Part shown: in pieces, positions 38,445-51,440 of the stretch
Layout: each line of letters begins with the position of its first letter
Position numbering within the stretch: position 1 is the first letter of the stretch
NCBI GenBank assembly: GCA_964016885.1
Contig: OZ024742.1
Span: forward strand, 261,392,001 to 261,456,000
From: Eledone cirrhosa
Taxonomy: Eukaryota
Length of the DNA stretch: 64,000 nt
Direction: 5' to 3'
Translations under genes and position numbers: made by a program
The notes under the pieces: model-generated
Told to the model about the DNA's origin: nothing
Databases searched by the model: none
The model's input: only the letters and a program-made list of their open reading frames with translations

Positions 38445-40357
38445 TTTGAGTCTCAGTCATTGATGTTAGTTAACTGGAAAGTTTGTTGAAATGAATATCA
38501 AGCCACTACCTGCAGCCTCAGATATTCAGGACGTATCGGAGGGTTCTTGCTGTTCCCAGCAAGCATGCCTTTTGAAGTGTTCCAAAAAACGGGACGGGGC
38601 CAATTTTCTTTAACCATCCCTGGAAACTCTTTGAGATAGTACCTAGTGCGCTTATGACAATCGGGACCACTTTGACTTCATGGCAGTTCTCCCTCTCCTC
38701 TTGCACTCTCGTGTCGAATGGGCAGGCCACATCCACAATCAGGCACGATCTTTTTTCCTTGTCCAAAACCACCAGGTCAGGTCTATTGTGTTCCAGTTTC
38801 TTGTCCGTCTGTATCCTAAAATCCCACAGCACCTTCACCTGATCGTTTTCTATCACCGACTCTGGCTTATGCTCATACCACTTCTCAGAATGTGGTAAAT
38901 TGTTTACTTTGCATAGGTGCCAGTGGATCACCCTGCCCATCACATCATTTCTCCAGCCCTTATAGTGAGTCTGGGCTAGGTGTTTACACGCGGATACAAT
39001 GTGAGCCACAATCTCCTCTCTCTCTCCACAGATCCTGCACAGTGGGCTAGCCTCCTCCTTTTAAATATGGTGTTTCAGCCACTTCGTTTTGAGGGCCTGC
39101 TCTTGCACAGCCATTAGCATTCCTTCTGTAGCCTTTTTAAGGTCACCTCTTTTCAACCAGTTCCATGTCTGTGGATCTCTAAATTCAGTTTTCTCAAAGA
39201 AGGTGCTATGAAGGGATTTTTCATGAAGGCTGCTCTTTCTCCTTGTTGTTATTTCCTCCTTGGACATCCCCTGGTCTATTGTCCTCTCCTTCAGTACAAT
39301 TCTGAGCATTGGCTTCCTACTGTCAGTCACCTATTTGTGCAGGTTGTTTTTCTCCATCCGAACACAGTCCTCTATGCTGATAAGACATCTTCTACCTTCA
39401 GATCTCTTTAAGTAGAGTCTATCTACATCACTCCTCTTGTGGAACATGTTGTAGATAGTCAATAGCTTCCTAATCTATCCATTTCTTTTTGTTCAGCAAC
39501 ATTCTATTTCAGAATTCCCGCACTGTACCTAATAATTGTTTCTACGTTAGGCACAAGGCCAGCAATTACCCAGTGCATTACTGGTACTTTATTTTATCGA
39601 CCCCGTAAGGATGAAAGGCAAAGTCAACCTCGGCGGGATTTGAACTCAGATCGTAAAGGGACGTAACTATGCTGGAAAGCATGGCGTCCGACCCTCTACC
39701 GATACTGCCATCTGGAATTCACTGCACTTATGACATTCCTACTATTTAGATGTGATTTTAATACGTTCCTTACTCTCCTAATGTACTCAGATCTTATCAA
39801 TTCCTTCTTTTTTTTTGTTCTTGATGTCATCTGCCTCCAGAACACCTAAATATTTGTATCCTTCTTCAGTGTCAATTTCCTTTATCATCTCACCTGTGGG
39901 TACCTGGATTCCGTTGTTTCTGCTCAATTTACCCCTCTTCATCACTAGGACTCCACACTTATTAATACCAAATTGCATACATATATCATTGCTGAAAATA
40001 CGGACAGTGTCAACAAGTACATCCAACTCTTTCTCACTCTTCCCAAAGAGTTTAAGATCGTCCATGAAGAGGAGGTGGTTGATGGTAAGCTCTCCTTTTC
40101 CCAACTTGTATCCTGCTCTCACTTTTCGTAGTATAATGGTCAGGGGTATCAGGGCAAGGACAAACAACAGAGGGGACAAACTATCTCCCTGGAAGATACC
40201 TCTCTTGATCTTCACGCCTCCCAATGATTCTCCACCCGATGTTAACTCTATTTCCCAGGACTTGATACTTTTGCTCAACAACTGTCTGAATTTATCTGCC
40301 ACCTTGAAGATCTCTAGTCTTTTGGTTATCCAAGAATGAGGTACCATGTCGAATGCC

Positions 40358-40358
<1 letters not shown>
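38445..40358 (-). mobile_element. R4/Dong family B LINE, 5'-truncated (RT, zinc knuckle, RLE), interrupted by a SINE
   Basis: KRGIFQGDSLSPLLF..HLLFMDDLKLF..YKYLG, then LWDFRIQTDKKLEHNRPDLVV..IVDVACP..LQKACLLGTARTLR. Confidence 0.92.
39530..39711 (-). mobile_element. SINE inserted in the Dong-type LINE
   Basis: Near-identical to 14714-14904. Confidence 0.9.
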
Positions 40359-40394
<36 letters not shown>

Positions 40395-40416
40395 GTTGTT
40401 GTTGTTGTTGTTGTTG

Positions 40417-40724
40417 TTTGAGCCTCAGTCATTGATGTTATTTAACTGGAAAGTTTGTTGAAATGAATATCAAGCCGCTACCTGCAGCCTCAGATATTCG
40501 GGACGTATCGGAGGGTTCTTGCTGTTCCCAGCAAGCATGCCTTTTGAAGTGTTCCCAAAAGCGGGGCTGGACTAACTTTCTTTAACCATCCTTAGAAACT
40601 CTTTGAGATAGTACCTAGTGCGCCTATGACAATCGGGACGACTCTGACTTCATGGCAGTTCCAAATCCTTTTTACCTCCCTCTTTAAGTCTTAGTATCGG
40701 TTAACCATTTAAGTCTTGGTATCG

Positions 40725-40725
<1 letters not shown>
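40417..40725 (-). mobile_element. Second R4/Dong family B 3' fragment
   Basis: High identity to 38445-38690. Confidence 0.85.
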
Positions 40726-40755
<30 letters not shown>

Positions 40756-40756
<1 letters not shown>

Positions 40757-41062
40757 GTTGCATTTATCTTGCTTTATGTTCATACGAGTTATCACCAAGT
40801 CACAACCAGTGACCTCAAGAGACAACAAGGTCCGCCATGTTCAAGAAAGAACATACATATTCACACATGCATCTTTAGTGTTTAGACTTGTGATGTACTT
40901 ATATTGACAGAATCTTCCTTAGTATATGGGCAGTTCCCATTAGTACTATCTTTTGTATTTCTCCTATACGCGGGTTTCCTGGGATTTGCGATAAGTAATC
41001 ATTAGACCCCTTAGGTATCATTCCCAGAGCGCCTACAACCACTGGTATTGTTTTAGTTCTCA
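40756..41062 (-). mobile_element. Second R4/Dong family A 3' fragment
   Basis: ELKTIPVVVGALGMIPKG..IQKIVLMGTAHILRKILSI*, with (ATT)n on both sides. Confidence 0.85.
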
Positions 41063-41113
<51 letters not shown>

Positions 41114-41459
41114 GGCGACCTACGTAGTAAATCGTATCATCGTGAGCTCCGCAAAGGTTTGTTATTTTCAGTTGTTCAAAATTGCCATTTATGGAAAATT
41201 TTATTGTTAACTGTATATAAGTGCACATACATTGTTATCTGAAAAGGACACCCACATATAAGCAGTAGCAATATTTTAAATTTGTCTCAGGCAGACATTC
41301 ATTTCCCGCCATTACCAATGACTGCAGGTGTTAAAGCCGCCACCACCACCGCGACAACCTCCCCCCCACACACACACACCACCGCGACAACCCCCCACCC
41401 CCATCACCCCCGCTACAACAGAAACAAAAGAAAAAAATAAATTAACTCGTGATATCGAA

Positions 41460-43140
41460 ATGAATTCAACCAAAATGAACTCTTCCACACAGAACACCAC
41501 TGACGCCACCACCACCACAACTGAAACTAAAATTAATAATAACAAAAATAACGATAACAACAACAGCAACAATGACATTAAGAAAACCACCCTGAGTTTT
41601 GCCAGAGTAGCAAAACAGTGCGAAGCATTTCAGGTAACTCAGGAGGAATTAGAAGACGCCAAAAAAATGGTAAAGAAAGATGGGTACAGGGTCAGTCTCA
41701 CCCCCCCCCCCCACACACACACCTAATAAAATGGAGCATCGGCGCCTATGCACCGTGTCTTATCGAACAATTAATATAAAATCGCGCCGAGTGGAACGGG
41801 CATCCGAGTCCCAAATCAAAAAAGCTTTGGGACATGTGTGGGCAAAAAACCCCCACATCAGACGTGGGCAGAAGTATGGAACCGTGGGCGTGTTCTTTGA
41901 AACACCACAGGAGGCTAAAGAACACTCCATGGACCCATTAAGAAGTGATGACTTCACACTCGTCCCAAGCTATTGTGGCCAGAGACTCGTAAAGATCAGG
42001 GTCACCCACGTTCCACCGGCCATCGAAATTCCCTGGCTAATAGCTGCCGTCCTCGCCGGCATCGAAGCCAACACCAAGATAATCGAAATAGCGAAAGAAA
42101 AGCAGAAGAACTGGTCCGGATATGTGATGGAGCTCCTGATCCAAGCGGAGCAAAAAAGCATTGAGGAGATCCCAGAGGTAATAGACCTCACTGACGGCAG
42201 CCACCTCACCGTAATTGTCAAGGGCAGAAGGCCTAGGTGTGTCGTTTGTGGTGAAGGAACCCACCTAAGGGCTTTCTGCCCTCAGGCTAAAAGGTTGAGG
42301 CCACCTCTCCTACCCACCCCAGTGACTCAACCATCAACACCACCAGCAGCAGAGTCGCAGCAACAACAGAAGCAACTGTAACAGCAACAACCCCAGCAAC
42401 AGTAGCAAAACCAACAGCACCACCACCCAACGCGCCAGAACTAGCACCAGCGCCTACACCATCCACCACGCCACAACCAAAACTAACGCCCGTGGACGAT
42501 TTTCCACTCCCCGGCCTATCACAACTGGAGACAGATTGTGACGACGAGGAGTGGGAAACGGTATCAGGAAAAAAGAAAAAAAGAAACCAAAAAAGAAAAA
42601 ATTCTCTTCCTTCCCCCTCCAAAAACAAAATACAGAGGGAAACAAATAAACTATCAAACAAAAAAGTTAGGACAGATATGCCACCATCCATACCAGCATC
42701 ACCAACCCCATCACCCCAAACACGAACACCATCACCATCATTAACCCCAACACCACCATCACCTACACCACAAAAGTCACCAAAAAGAGAAACAGAAACA
42801 AACCCACAACAAACACAAACAAAACAAAACAACCAAAACGCAGCATTAAATTTGAACATTAAATTTGAACAACAACCAATTATTACACTACATCCAACAC
42901 AACACCAGCATCACAGAAAAAGACTACACAACAACCCGAAAGTTCACACCACCCCCACACATACAAATCACTCGCATCACACAGAAAACGTACATGACAC
43001 AAAAACAAAAATTCCCCAAAGACATCGGAGACTTCCGACAAGCACTCTCCAGGAGGATTTATAAGGACATCCATCCTGAGGAGGCCACAAGCAGTGAAAA
43101 GGATGGAGAAACCGTCCTTCCTCTACGAGAAGTAAGGTAA
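41460..43140 (+). pseudogene. LINE ORF1 (gag-like, CX2CX4HX4C knuckle, Pro/Lys-rich tail), frameshifted
   Basis: RRPRCVVCGEGTHLRAFCP. Segments in several frames, ending VLPLREVR*. Confidence 0.8.
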
Positions 43141-43923
43141 GTGGTCTTTCCCATCTTTTCCACTCCATTTCAACATGACCTCACTCAGAATAGGCAGCAT
43201 AAATGCGCGTGGCTTGGGGTCGTCAGGGAAGCAGGGCCATCTGCTCAACGACCTCAGGTCACTAAACATAGATGTAGTGGCCATCAGCGAGACCAGAATC
43301 TCCGAAAGAAATGAAAAAAGGGTAAAGTCTACTGCAAAGAGACTCACAGCAGCAACACCACCAACACCATCACCACCCACACTAGCACCACCATCACCAC
43401 CGGTGACAACCCCACCGCCAACAACAACAACACCTTCAACACCACCACCACAAGCACCAACATCGCAAACACAACAACAAAACACACACACCCAGCAAAA
43501 ACGACAAGAAAATAGCAGAACCACACCCCACCCCCAGAAAAACAAATGCACGGCAATAAATACACACAACAAGAAACTAATGACTTACATAATTGAACAC
43601 ACAGACATTTCACAACACGACTACATAATACCAGCACCAATCAAAACGCCAACTAACATAAGACTGCTAAAAATAGCACAGAAACAATACACAAACATTA
43701 AAACGAAATTCCCCAACGCAGTTGGTGATTTCAGAGCCCCAGGAGGAACTATCAACCGAAGAGTATATTCGGACATACTCATAGAAGAGCCGATGACCAG
43801 CCGAAGGAACGATTCAACGGTCCCTTCACCAGACGATCAAGTGAAAAGGGATGTAATAACCATCCCTCCTCTACGAAAAGTACGGTAAGTGGTCTTTCCC
43901 ATCTTTTCCACTCTATTTTAAAC

Positions 43924-46900
43924 ATGACCTCACTCAGAATAGGCAGCATAAATGCGCGTGGCTTGGGGTCGTCATGGAAGCAGGGTCACCTACTCAACGA
44001 CCTCAGGTCACTAAACATAGATGTAGTGGCCATCAGCGAGACCAGAATCTCCGAGGCACGGGCCTTCGCACCGATCTTCGGCGGCTACGATGTGTACGCA
44101 TCTCCCAGCCGTCCAGGATCGGGGGGAGGAGTTGCTGTGCTTTTTCAGAGAGGTTTGGATCTCACCATACAGGCCATCTTCCTGGACCCAGAAGGTAAGT
44201 TGGTGGTGCTGGACGTGACCAACGGAGACGGGCAAGCTTTCAGGCTAGTGGCCGTTTATGCCCCGACAGGAGCAGGGCGGCCTGATTTCTTCCGGCGTCT
44301 GGAGACCTTTCTTGGAACGTCCCGCTCTTTAGTGTTAGTGGGCGACTGGAACGGGATCTTAGATGCACGCTGGGACTGTGTGGGATTAGCGGATAGGGGT
44401 GGAGGGTGGAGGGTGCAAGAGCCTCACCAACCTGCTCAGGCGTTTTGAACTGTCTGACAGGTACCGATTGGATTTCCCGAATGTGCCAATGTGGACTTGG
44501 ACAAACCTCATAGGGTCATCCAGATCATATCTAGATAGAGTATTTTGTAGGGAAATAGATAGGTCTAGCATAGGCTGTCCACAATTCAAGATAGTCAGCT
44601 ACACGGACCACAAATTCGTGATCTGTGTGCTTGACTTAGATAGGCTTCATAGACGAGGACCCGGCTACTGGAAGCTAAACGCGTCCTTACCAGCGCGCAA
44701 GGCCTACAGAGACCGGATTAGCGAACTAGTTAAGCGGGCGTTGACGGGGGCCATCGTCAACAACAAGTGGTGGTTTGCTCTGAAAAGAGCGATTAGAATA
44801 GAATCCATTAGGTTTAGCAAGGCTTTAGCAATAGAGAAAAATAGAGCAGAGGGAGAACTAGTTAGAAAATTAGACGAGGCGCTTAGCAAAGGCATTGCGA
44901 CCGACGTGCTTGCGGCGAAATTGGCCCTTGACCAATTCTTCAATGCAAAGCACGAAGGCTGCGTTGTCAGAGCAAGGGTGCGTGCTCTCAGACACGAGGG
45001 GACGAAAGCCGTTCAATGGGCTCGAGTGGCGGAGGCGCGTCGTGGCAACAAAGCCACGATCCGGTCTTTGGTGGACAACGACGGGCGCATGCTACTCGAT
45101 CCCGGGAAAATGTGTGAAGCTTTTCAGCGACACTTCGCACAGCTGTTCGGGGGCAGCGGCGGGCCGGATCGAGGGATGGACTTTAGTGTCTACCTCGACG
45201 GACTGCCGCGGCTCTCGGCCACTGAGGCGAAGTGTTGCGAAAAGCCGATAACAGCCGCTGAAGTAAGGGAGGCAATGACTGGCTGCACAAGGGGTAAATC
45301 GCCTGGTTTGGATGGTCTGCTCTATGAACTTTACGTACAGATGCCAGACTTGTTCGGAGGCCTCTTGGCGGACGTCTACTGCAACTGGCAACAGAACGGG
45401 AGAATTCCCAGTTCTGTGAGCCGAGGAGCGGTGGCACTGCTGAGAAAGGATCCGAACAAGGGAGATAACATAGATAATTTCCGGCCCATAACTCTGCTAA
45501 ACACAGAGTTCAAGATTTTGGCCAAGGTGCTAGCAAAGAGGTTGGCGCTTGTCGTTGGTGGTCTGGTGGGAGAGGCGCAGACATGCGCCATTCACGACAG
45601 ATCCATCCACGACAACCTCCACCTCATGCGATACATCGTAGAGAGGGTAGCTAGGGAACCTGGCACGGGTGTGTCCTTGATCAATTTAGATCAGTCGAAA
45701 GCTTTCGATAGGGTCGACCATCGTTACCTAGCGGCAGTCCTGAGGGCGGCTGGCTTTGGGCCCGTCTTCAGAGGCTTGATCGCTGCCATGCACAGCGACA
45801 TCTGCTCTGTGGTGAGAGTGAACGGTCACCTGTCGGAACCGTTCAACATCATGCGCTCGGTCCGCCAAGGATGTCCCCTCTCGTCCCTCTTGTACGTATT
45901 GACTCTCGAGCCATTACTGCACAAACTGGAGACGTTGAGGGGCGTCCCGCGCGAACTAGGATGCGGAAGATCCGTGTCAGTATATGCGGACGATGTCACC
46001 GTAGTGGTGTCGAACGCCAAACACATCGAGGCGATCGGCACTACACTAAGAGAATACGAAGTGGTGACAGGAGCAATGATCAACCAGGAAAAGTCAGTGG
46101 GCATGCAGCTCGGCACCTGGAGAGGCAGGTCCATGCCGTCCAACAGCGTCGTCGGACGCTGGACGGACGGACCGGTTAAATTGCTAGGGGTCTGGTTCGG
46201 TCCGGACCTCCAGACGGACAAAAACTGGGACGAGGTGACGAGCAGGGTGGATTCTCTCACCCAGAAATGGGCCGAGAGGAAGCTATCCCTGAAAAGTCGA
46301 GCGGAGGTGGCTAACGCGTACATCGCGTCTGTCATCTGCTACCGCCTGACCGTCGTACCTTGTCCTAAGCCTCGCCTGACTGCGCTGGAGCGTTTGCTCT
46401 TTCGCTTTTTGTGGAAGGGACGCGCTCCGATGGTCAGGCGGTCCATCTGTTGTCAACACCCGCTACGTGGAGGGCTGGGCATGCCGTGGCTGATGATGCG
46501 CAGGCACGCGCTCAGGCTACGACATCTCCACCTCTTCCTCGAGGGTGATCAGGTGTGGTCGCCGTTTGCTAGACACGTATTTCCCCAGCTCGTTTCCTTG
46601 ACGGAGCTGCAGTCCTGGGTCAAGTGAAGACCGAGAGGGAGCGCCTGGAGACTGGAATGTCTTCAGGCGCTCACAGCCCTCGACCAATCGGGCAATGTGA
46701 TCGGTGGAAACTCCACCTCGGCGTTCTATAGAGGATTAGTGGAGGGAAGAGCGACGACGTAATTGGGGAAACTCTAGGCGTCGACGAAAATCAACTAGCC
46801 AATCTCTTCGGAAGAACTTTCGGGCCAGGGCCTATGGACAACTTCCAGAAATCTCTGGCCTGGCAGTGCTACCGAGGAGCCTTGCCAGTTCGGGATAAAC

Positions 46901-47349
46901 TCTACAGGCATGGAGGTGCCGTCAGCCGGGCATGTCCGAGATGCGCGCAGGGCGACGAAACCGTCCTGCACGCACTCGTCCAGTGTCCGAAAATTGCTGA
47001 CTTGTGGGTTTATGTCGAACACCTGCTGTCGCGTTTAGGACGGATCCGGCTATCATCTGAATCCATCGTGAGGATTGCCCCGCCCTCCTCCTTTAGCCGG
47101 GAAGGGCAGGCAGTTTTTATCTGTCTGGTGGCCATGGCGAAAGAGATAGTATGGTGGACACGTTTGAAAGGGCTGAAGACGAGCACTTACCTCTTCGGTG
47201 ATGCTCTGATTGACTTTTTCAAATTTCATTTTAAAAGGAAAATCAGAGTAGAGAGGGAAGTGCTCTCTTCCCAGCATTTTGTTGAAAGATGGGTGAGAGA
47301 AGCAAGAATGGCCCGAGTGAATGGGCCTACTCTGAGTATATATCTGTAA
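43924..47349 (+). pseudogene. LINE ORF2: APE endonuclease, reverse transcriptase and C-terminal Cys motif; frameshifts near 44400 and 46750, TGA at 46625
   Basis: SINARGL, VYAP, GDWNG, SYLDR, TDHK, GPGYWKLN, KSPGLDG, FRPITLLN, DQSKAFDRV, VRQGCPLS, YADD, CPRC..ETVLHALVQC. Confidence 0.93.
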
Positions 47350-47598
47350 ATTAAAGGTGGAAAACTGGGAGAGGGCACTTGCCTTGGTGGTCAGGGTCAC
47401 TGTGGCCTTTTACTGGGCTTTCTCCACAAATGTCCCTCCGAAGTCTCCCCCCTATTGGGGAATTTTTCATTGTTATTTTTTTGTTACATCCTCTGTTTTT
47501 GTTTTTTACACGCAGAAATGCCCATTTGTACCGTCCTGCATTGTCCTGCACTGTCCTTAATGTCTACTTTATGTAAACCCTTGTGGTTAATAAAGAAA

Positions 47599-47648
<50 letters not shown>

Positions 47649-48379
47649 GTTGTTGTTGTTGTTGTTGTTGTTATTGTTGTTGTCGTTGTTATACTTTGTT
47701 TCTTAAGGATTCGCTAGGTAATTTTCTACTCCGTAGGGTTGTTGCTTCTTCACCTATTATGAAAACCTTTTTTTCTTCAAATTTCCATCCTGTTTTGTTG
47801 CTAAATCGATTGGAATCCTTGAGAACCAATCGTTTTTTTTTTCTGTTCTGATCCCTTAATTCAAATGGAGTTCACGCTGCCGTCAATATAACATAAGAAA
47901 AGAACAACAACAAAACGGGAAAACAGCAAAATATCATGCGTCTTATCCTGCCTTGCAAACAGCTAGCACTCTAACCACCACCATCACCACAATAAAAGCC
48001 AAAATCAACAACACTGCCAGCAGCAATAATTATACTTTAAGCTCAAAAGACAACACATTTTCTTTCATCAATCAAAACAATACCATTGCCTCTGCCAACA
48101 CCAACACAATATATCATAGAAAACGATGAAATGATAATGGCGACAAAAACAGCAACGTTAATGGTCACAGCATGAACATCAACAGCAACACTAATGTCAA
48201 CAGCATAGACAACAACAACAGCAACAACGACAGCATCGGTATCGAAGGCATTGACACCAATATCAGCCACACAGTAGCGGAGCATTGTAATATATCCCTG
48301 CTAAATATTTTAATATATCCTGGTACAAGCGGAAAAACTGACCAAAGTGGAAGGAAGACGGGCAATATTAGCTATCCCA

Positions 48380-48902
48380 TTCGAGATGTTGTCAGCAACT
48401 GCCTCTTCCCCATAGAACGGTTTTGTATCACTGCGTCTCAATTCAGAAGCCCCAAAACATAACCACAAGCTCAGATTGAATGAACCTTTAAAAAATATGG
48501 CCGGGCGTTGAATTTGTCGCAAGGGAAAAGTAGTTTGGAAGCATAGAAAGGCTTTTCAAAAGCAAAGCACTCGTTATAAAACATTCTGTGGTCCCTTGTC
48601 GCAGCGACGACTACGTTCTTTCCCTTCCTATTTTGAAAGAACAGTGTCAGAATTTAGACAACTGGTGGATCCTTGTCTGCGTTGTCTTGGAGAGAAACAA
48701 ACACCCTGTTGAACGTTAAAAATACCCGGTGTGAAAACTGATATAGGGTCAGTTTTGAGCTCCTGTTACACATCAAACTGGAAAACCTAGATAAGACGAC
48801 ATACCTCATTTGCCTGCAGAATGGAGTTGAGCCGCGTCTCGTAATTAAAGACAGGAAACCTCTCTGTCATTTATGTGGTGATGCCAACCACCGAAGAGTT
48901 TT
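48380..48902 (+). mobile_element. Third, strongly degenerate Tx1-like ORF1 fragment
   Basis: EFVARGK..LFKSKALVIKHSVVPCRSDDYV..FELLLHIKLENLDKTTYLICLQNGVEPRLVIKDRKPLCHLCGDANHRRVF. Confidence 0.7.
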
Positions 48903-49027
48903 CTTTGCCTTTCATCCTCTTGGCATCGATAAATTAACGTATTAGTCAAGTAGTGAGCTTGATGTAATCGACTTCCCTCCACCCCTTCTAAATTACTTGC
49001 CTTTTGCCTTAAATAGAAACCATTATT
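48903..49027 (+). mobile_element. Older SINE, 3' half
   Basis: CTTTGCCTTTCATCCTCTTGGCATCGATAAAT..AATAGAAACCATTATT. Confidence 0.7.
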
Positions 49028-49678
49028 TTTTCAGTTTTATTTGAGACGTTCGTACGGTAATAGAATTTAAATGAGGATTTTATGTGAATAATTCCCCCAA
49101 TAGCCCAATACACACATACACACGCGCACACACGCACACATGCACACGCACACACACACACACACACGCACAAACACGTACAAACACCCACACACGCGCA
49201 TACACAAACATAAATACCCACACATCCATAAGTACACACATATATATAAATAAACTTTCACGTACAGATATATATATACACATACACACATATATACAGA
49301 TATGTATGTGAGTTTGTGCGTATGTGTGTATGTGTCTGCGTGCACGCTTCCTTCTAGCAAGAGTCCGTCAGTCAGTATTGCAGCGTGTAGCTATAAATGG
49401 CAATATATAGCTATATCATTGGTTTGTCCGAGGTTTGTTTATTAAGATATTAAATATGAAATTAAAGAACGCTGTATTCAAGTCTATAATTATTAGGAAT
49501 CAAGAAGAGTCTTTAAAATTTATATCAGTCGAAAACAAGCCAAGTAAATATGCAAATTAATCATTTCTATATTTGCCACAAGGATACTGAATATTTTGAA
49601 AAATGATATATGGTGAATTATGTGATAATGTTACACACACAGACGCGCGCATACACACACACACATGCACACACACAA

Positions 49679-49720
<42 letters not shown>

Positions 49721-49787
49721 CCTGAGCGTGAAATTAATAAACATTTATTGTACTGCCTCTCTGTTTTGTCCCTGTTCAAATTTTTCC

Positions 49788-49841
<54 letters not shown>

Positions 49842-49851
49842 AACCAGTAAG

Positions 49852-49945
49852 ACCCCGACGGCTGAGCTCAAGCCGTTTCGACGGCTAATTCTGGACTAAA
49901 TGAAAATTTATCCTGGTATTTAAATAGCCGAGCTTCTCAAGGGGT
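49852..49945 (-). ncRNA. Type I HHR, U3-A8 core variant (left arm)
   Basis: ACCCC-UUGAGAA-..CGGCUA/UAGCCG..-GAAA-CGGC..GCCG-UC^-GGGGU. Confidence 0.75.
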
Positions 49946-51164
49946 AATTCCATATATGGTCAAAGTGATTGTCAAAAGTCAGTAGTAATTCTGTGATTGC
50001 AAATTAGTAGGGGAGATGGTGGCTAAACCTGCCACTAGGAGAAAAAGGGGAGGGGGTGGAGTAGACCCAATCATGCGTTGGTAGTGCCAGCTACAGCTGG
50101 GCATGAGGTCAGAGAAGATACTGGGGAGGGGGAGGGGGAGGAAGTCAGAACGGTAGGTAGAACAATGAGGGGTAAAAATATATATATGAAAGAAAAAATA
50201 CTGAGAGTGATGAAAAGCGAATAAGTGTAAAGAAAAAAAGTATAAAAGCAAGTTCTACAACCTAAGTCTCTAGCTATTGTTAGGCTAGATAAATAAATAA
50301 AGAAAGAAAGAAAGAAATAAAGAAAGAAATAAAGGAATAACGAAATAAGTAAATAAACTAGGTGGGACGGAATAGGCAAGGACCCTTTTAAGAGGTATAA
50401 GTAGGTAAATCATACGGTGACGGGTAAAAAAATGGGGCCAAAATACTAAAGGAACTACCACGAAATAAATAATAAAGGTTTCTATCCCGGGCACAATGCC
50501 AGCAACCACCCAGTGCAGCAAAGTAAACTAGTACGAGATAATAATTCTGAGTCCCGTAAAATATATATACTAATGCTAACTCTAAAAGATCTTATACAAG
50601 CTACATGAAAGTTCGTACGAAGTAAAGGTAGAATACGGACAAATAAATTCAGAATCCACCCCGCCCAAAAGAAAAGAGAAGAAAGAAATACTGAAACGAG
50701 AAAATAAGGCATAAGTGCCACTAAGAAATATAGAAGGCACGGAAAATAGTGGGAGCGGTCGGAAAAGGGGGCAAGTATCCGAGGTCTAACAACTGCTATA
50801 AAAAGCGGAGTCCGCCAAATCTATCATAGACTAGAGGAGGGAGTGGGGGTACTGAGGCTACAAGGGGCCAAAGGGCAGCCTCGGGTGGGGGAGAAAAGTC
50901 GCCGACAAAGAAGAAGAACTTGGGTAGAAGGACTAAGGAGGGATGTGGGAAGAAGGAAATAAAAGAAGCGATAAAAGAATAAAAAGAAGATCTTACGTCT
51001 CCCTAGGAAAACAGGAGTTACCCATTGCAAAATCGGCAAGTGGGGTGTTATAGCCCTAGTCTAACCCCCCCCCCCCCCCGGGTCATTATAGGGTTTGAGG
51101 GCGAGGTAAGTCCTACGCAATCTATGTTTACATGCAGTAACCAGTTCATCTTTCTTGTTTAGGC

Positions 51165-51440
51165 CCGGCCCGGCGTCACGCCACTACACTTTCAGGCCAC
51201 ATATGGGACCTCAAGGACAACATCACCTATGATCTCACTTGGAGATTACTGTCCAGAGCCAATTCTTACACGGGAGGACGCCGTCCGTGCAATTTATGCT
51301 CGGAGGAAACTTTACAAATGGTGTTTTCGACGGACCAACTCCTAAACAAGAAAGATGAACTGGTTACTGCATGTAAACATAGATTGCGTAGGACTTACCT
51401 CGCCCTCAAACCCCATAATGACCCGGGGGGGGGGGGGTAG
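51165..51440 (+). pseudogene. PLE GIY-YIG endonuclease C-terminal fragment (not in the ORF track)
   Basis: RRHATTLSGHIWDLKDNITYDLTWRLLSRANSYTGGRRPCNLCSEETLQM..LLNKKDELVTACKHR, homologous to 31980-32200. Confidence 0.88.

Larger units (their letters stand above)
41114..47600 (+). mobile_element. Tx1/L1-clade LINE, near full length and chimeric, flanked by (ATT)n
   Basis: ORF1 with a CCHC knuckle, ORF2 APE-RT-zf, and a 3' UTR ending AATAAAGAAATC(ATT)n. Confidence 0.92.

Noticed and set aside
43136-43143. GGTAAGT splice-donor consensus overlapping the ORF1 stop in both duplicated copies
   Set aside because: Explained by the stop codon context and the duplication, with no evidence for an acceptor.
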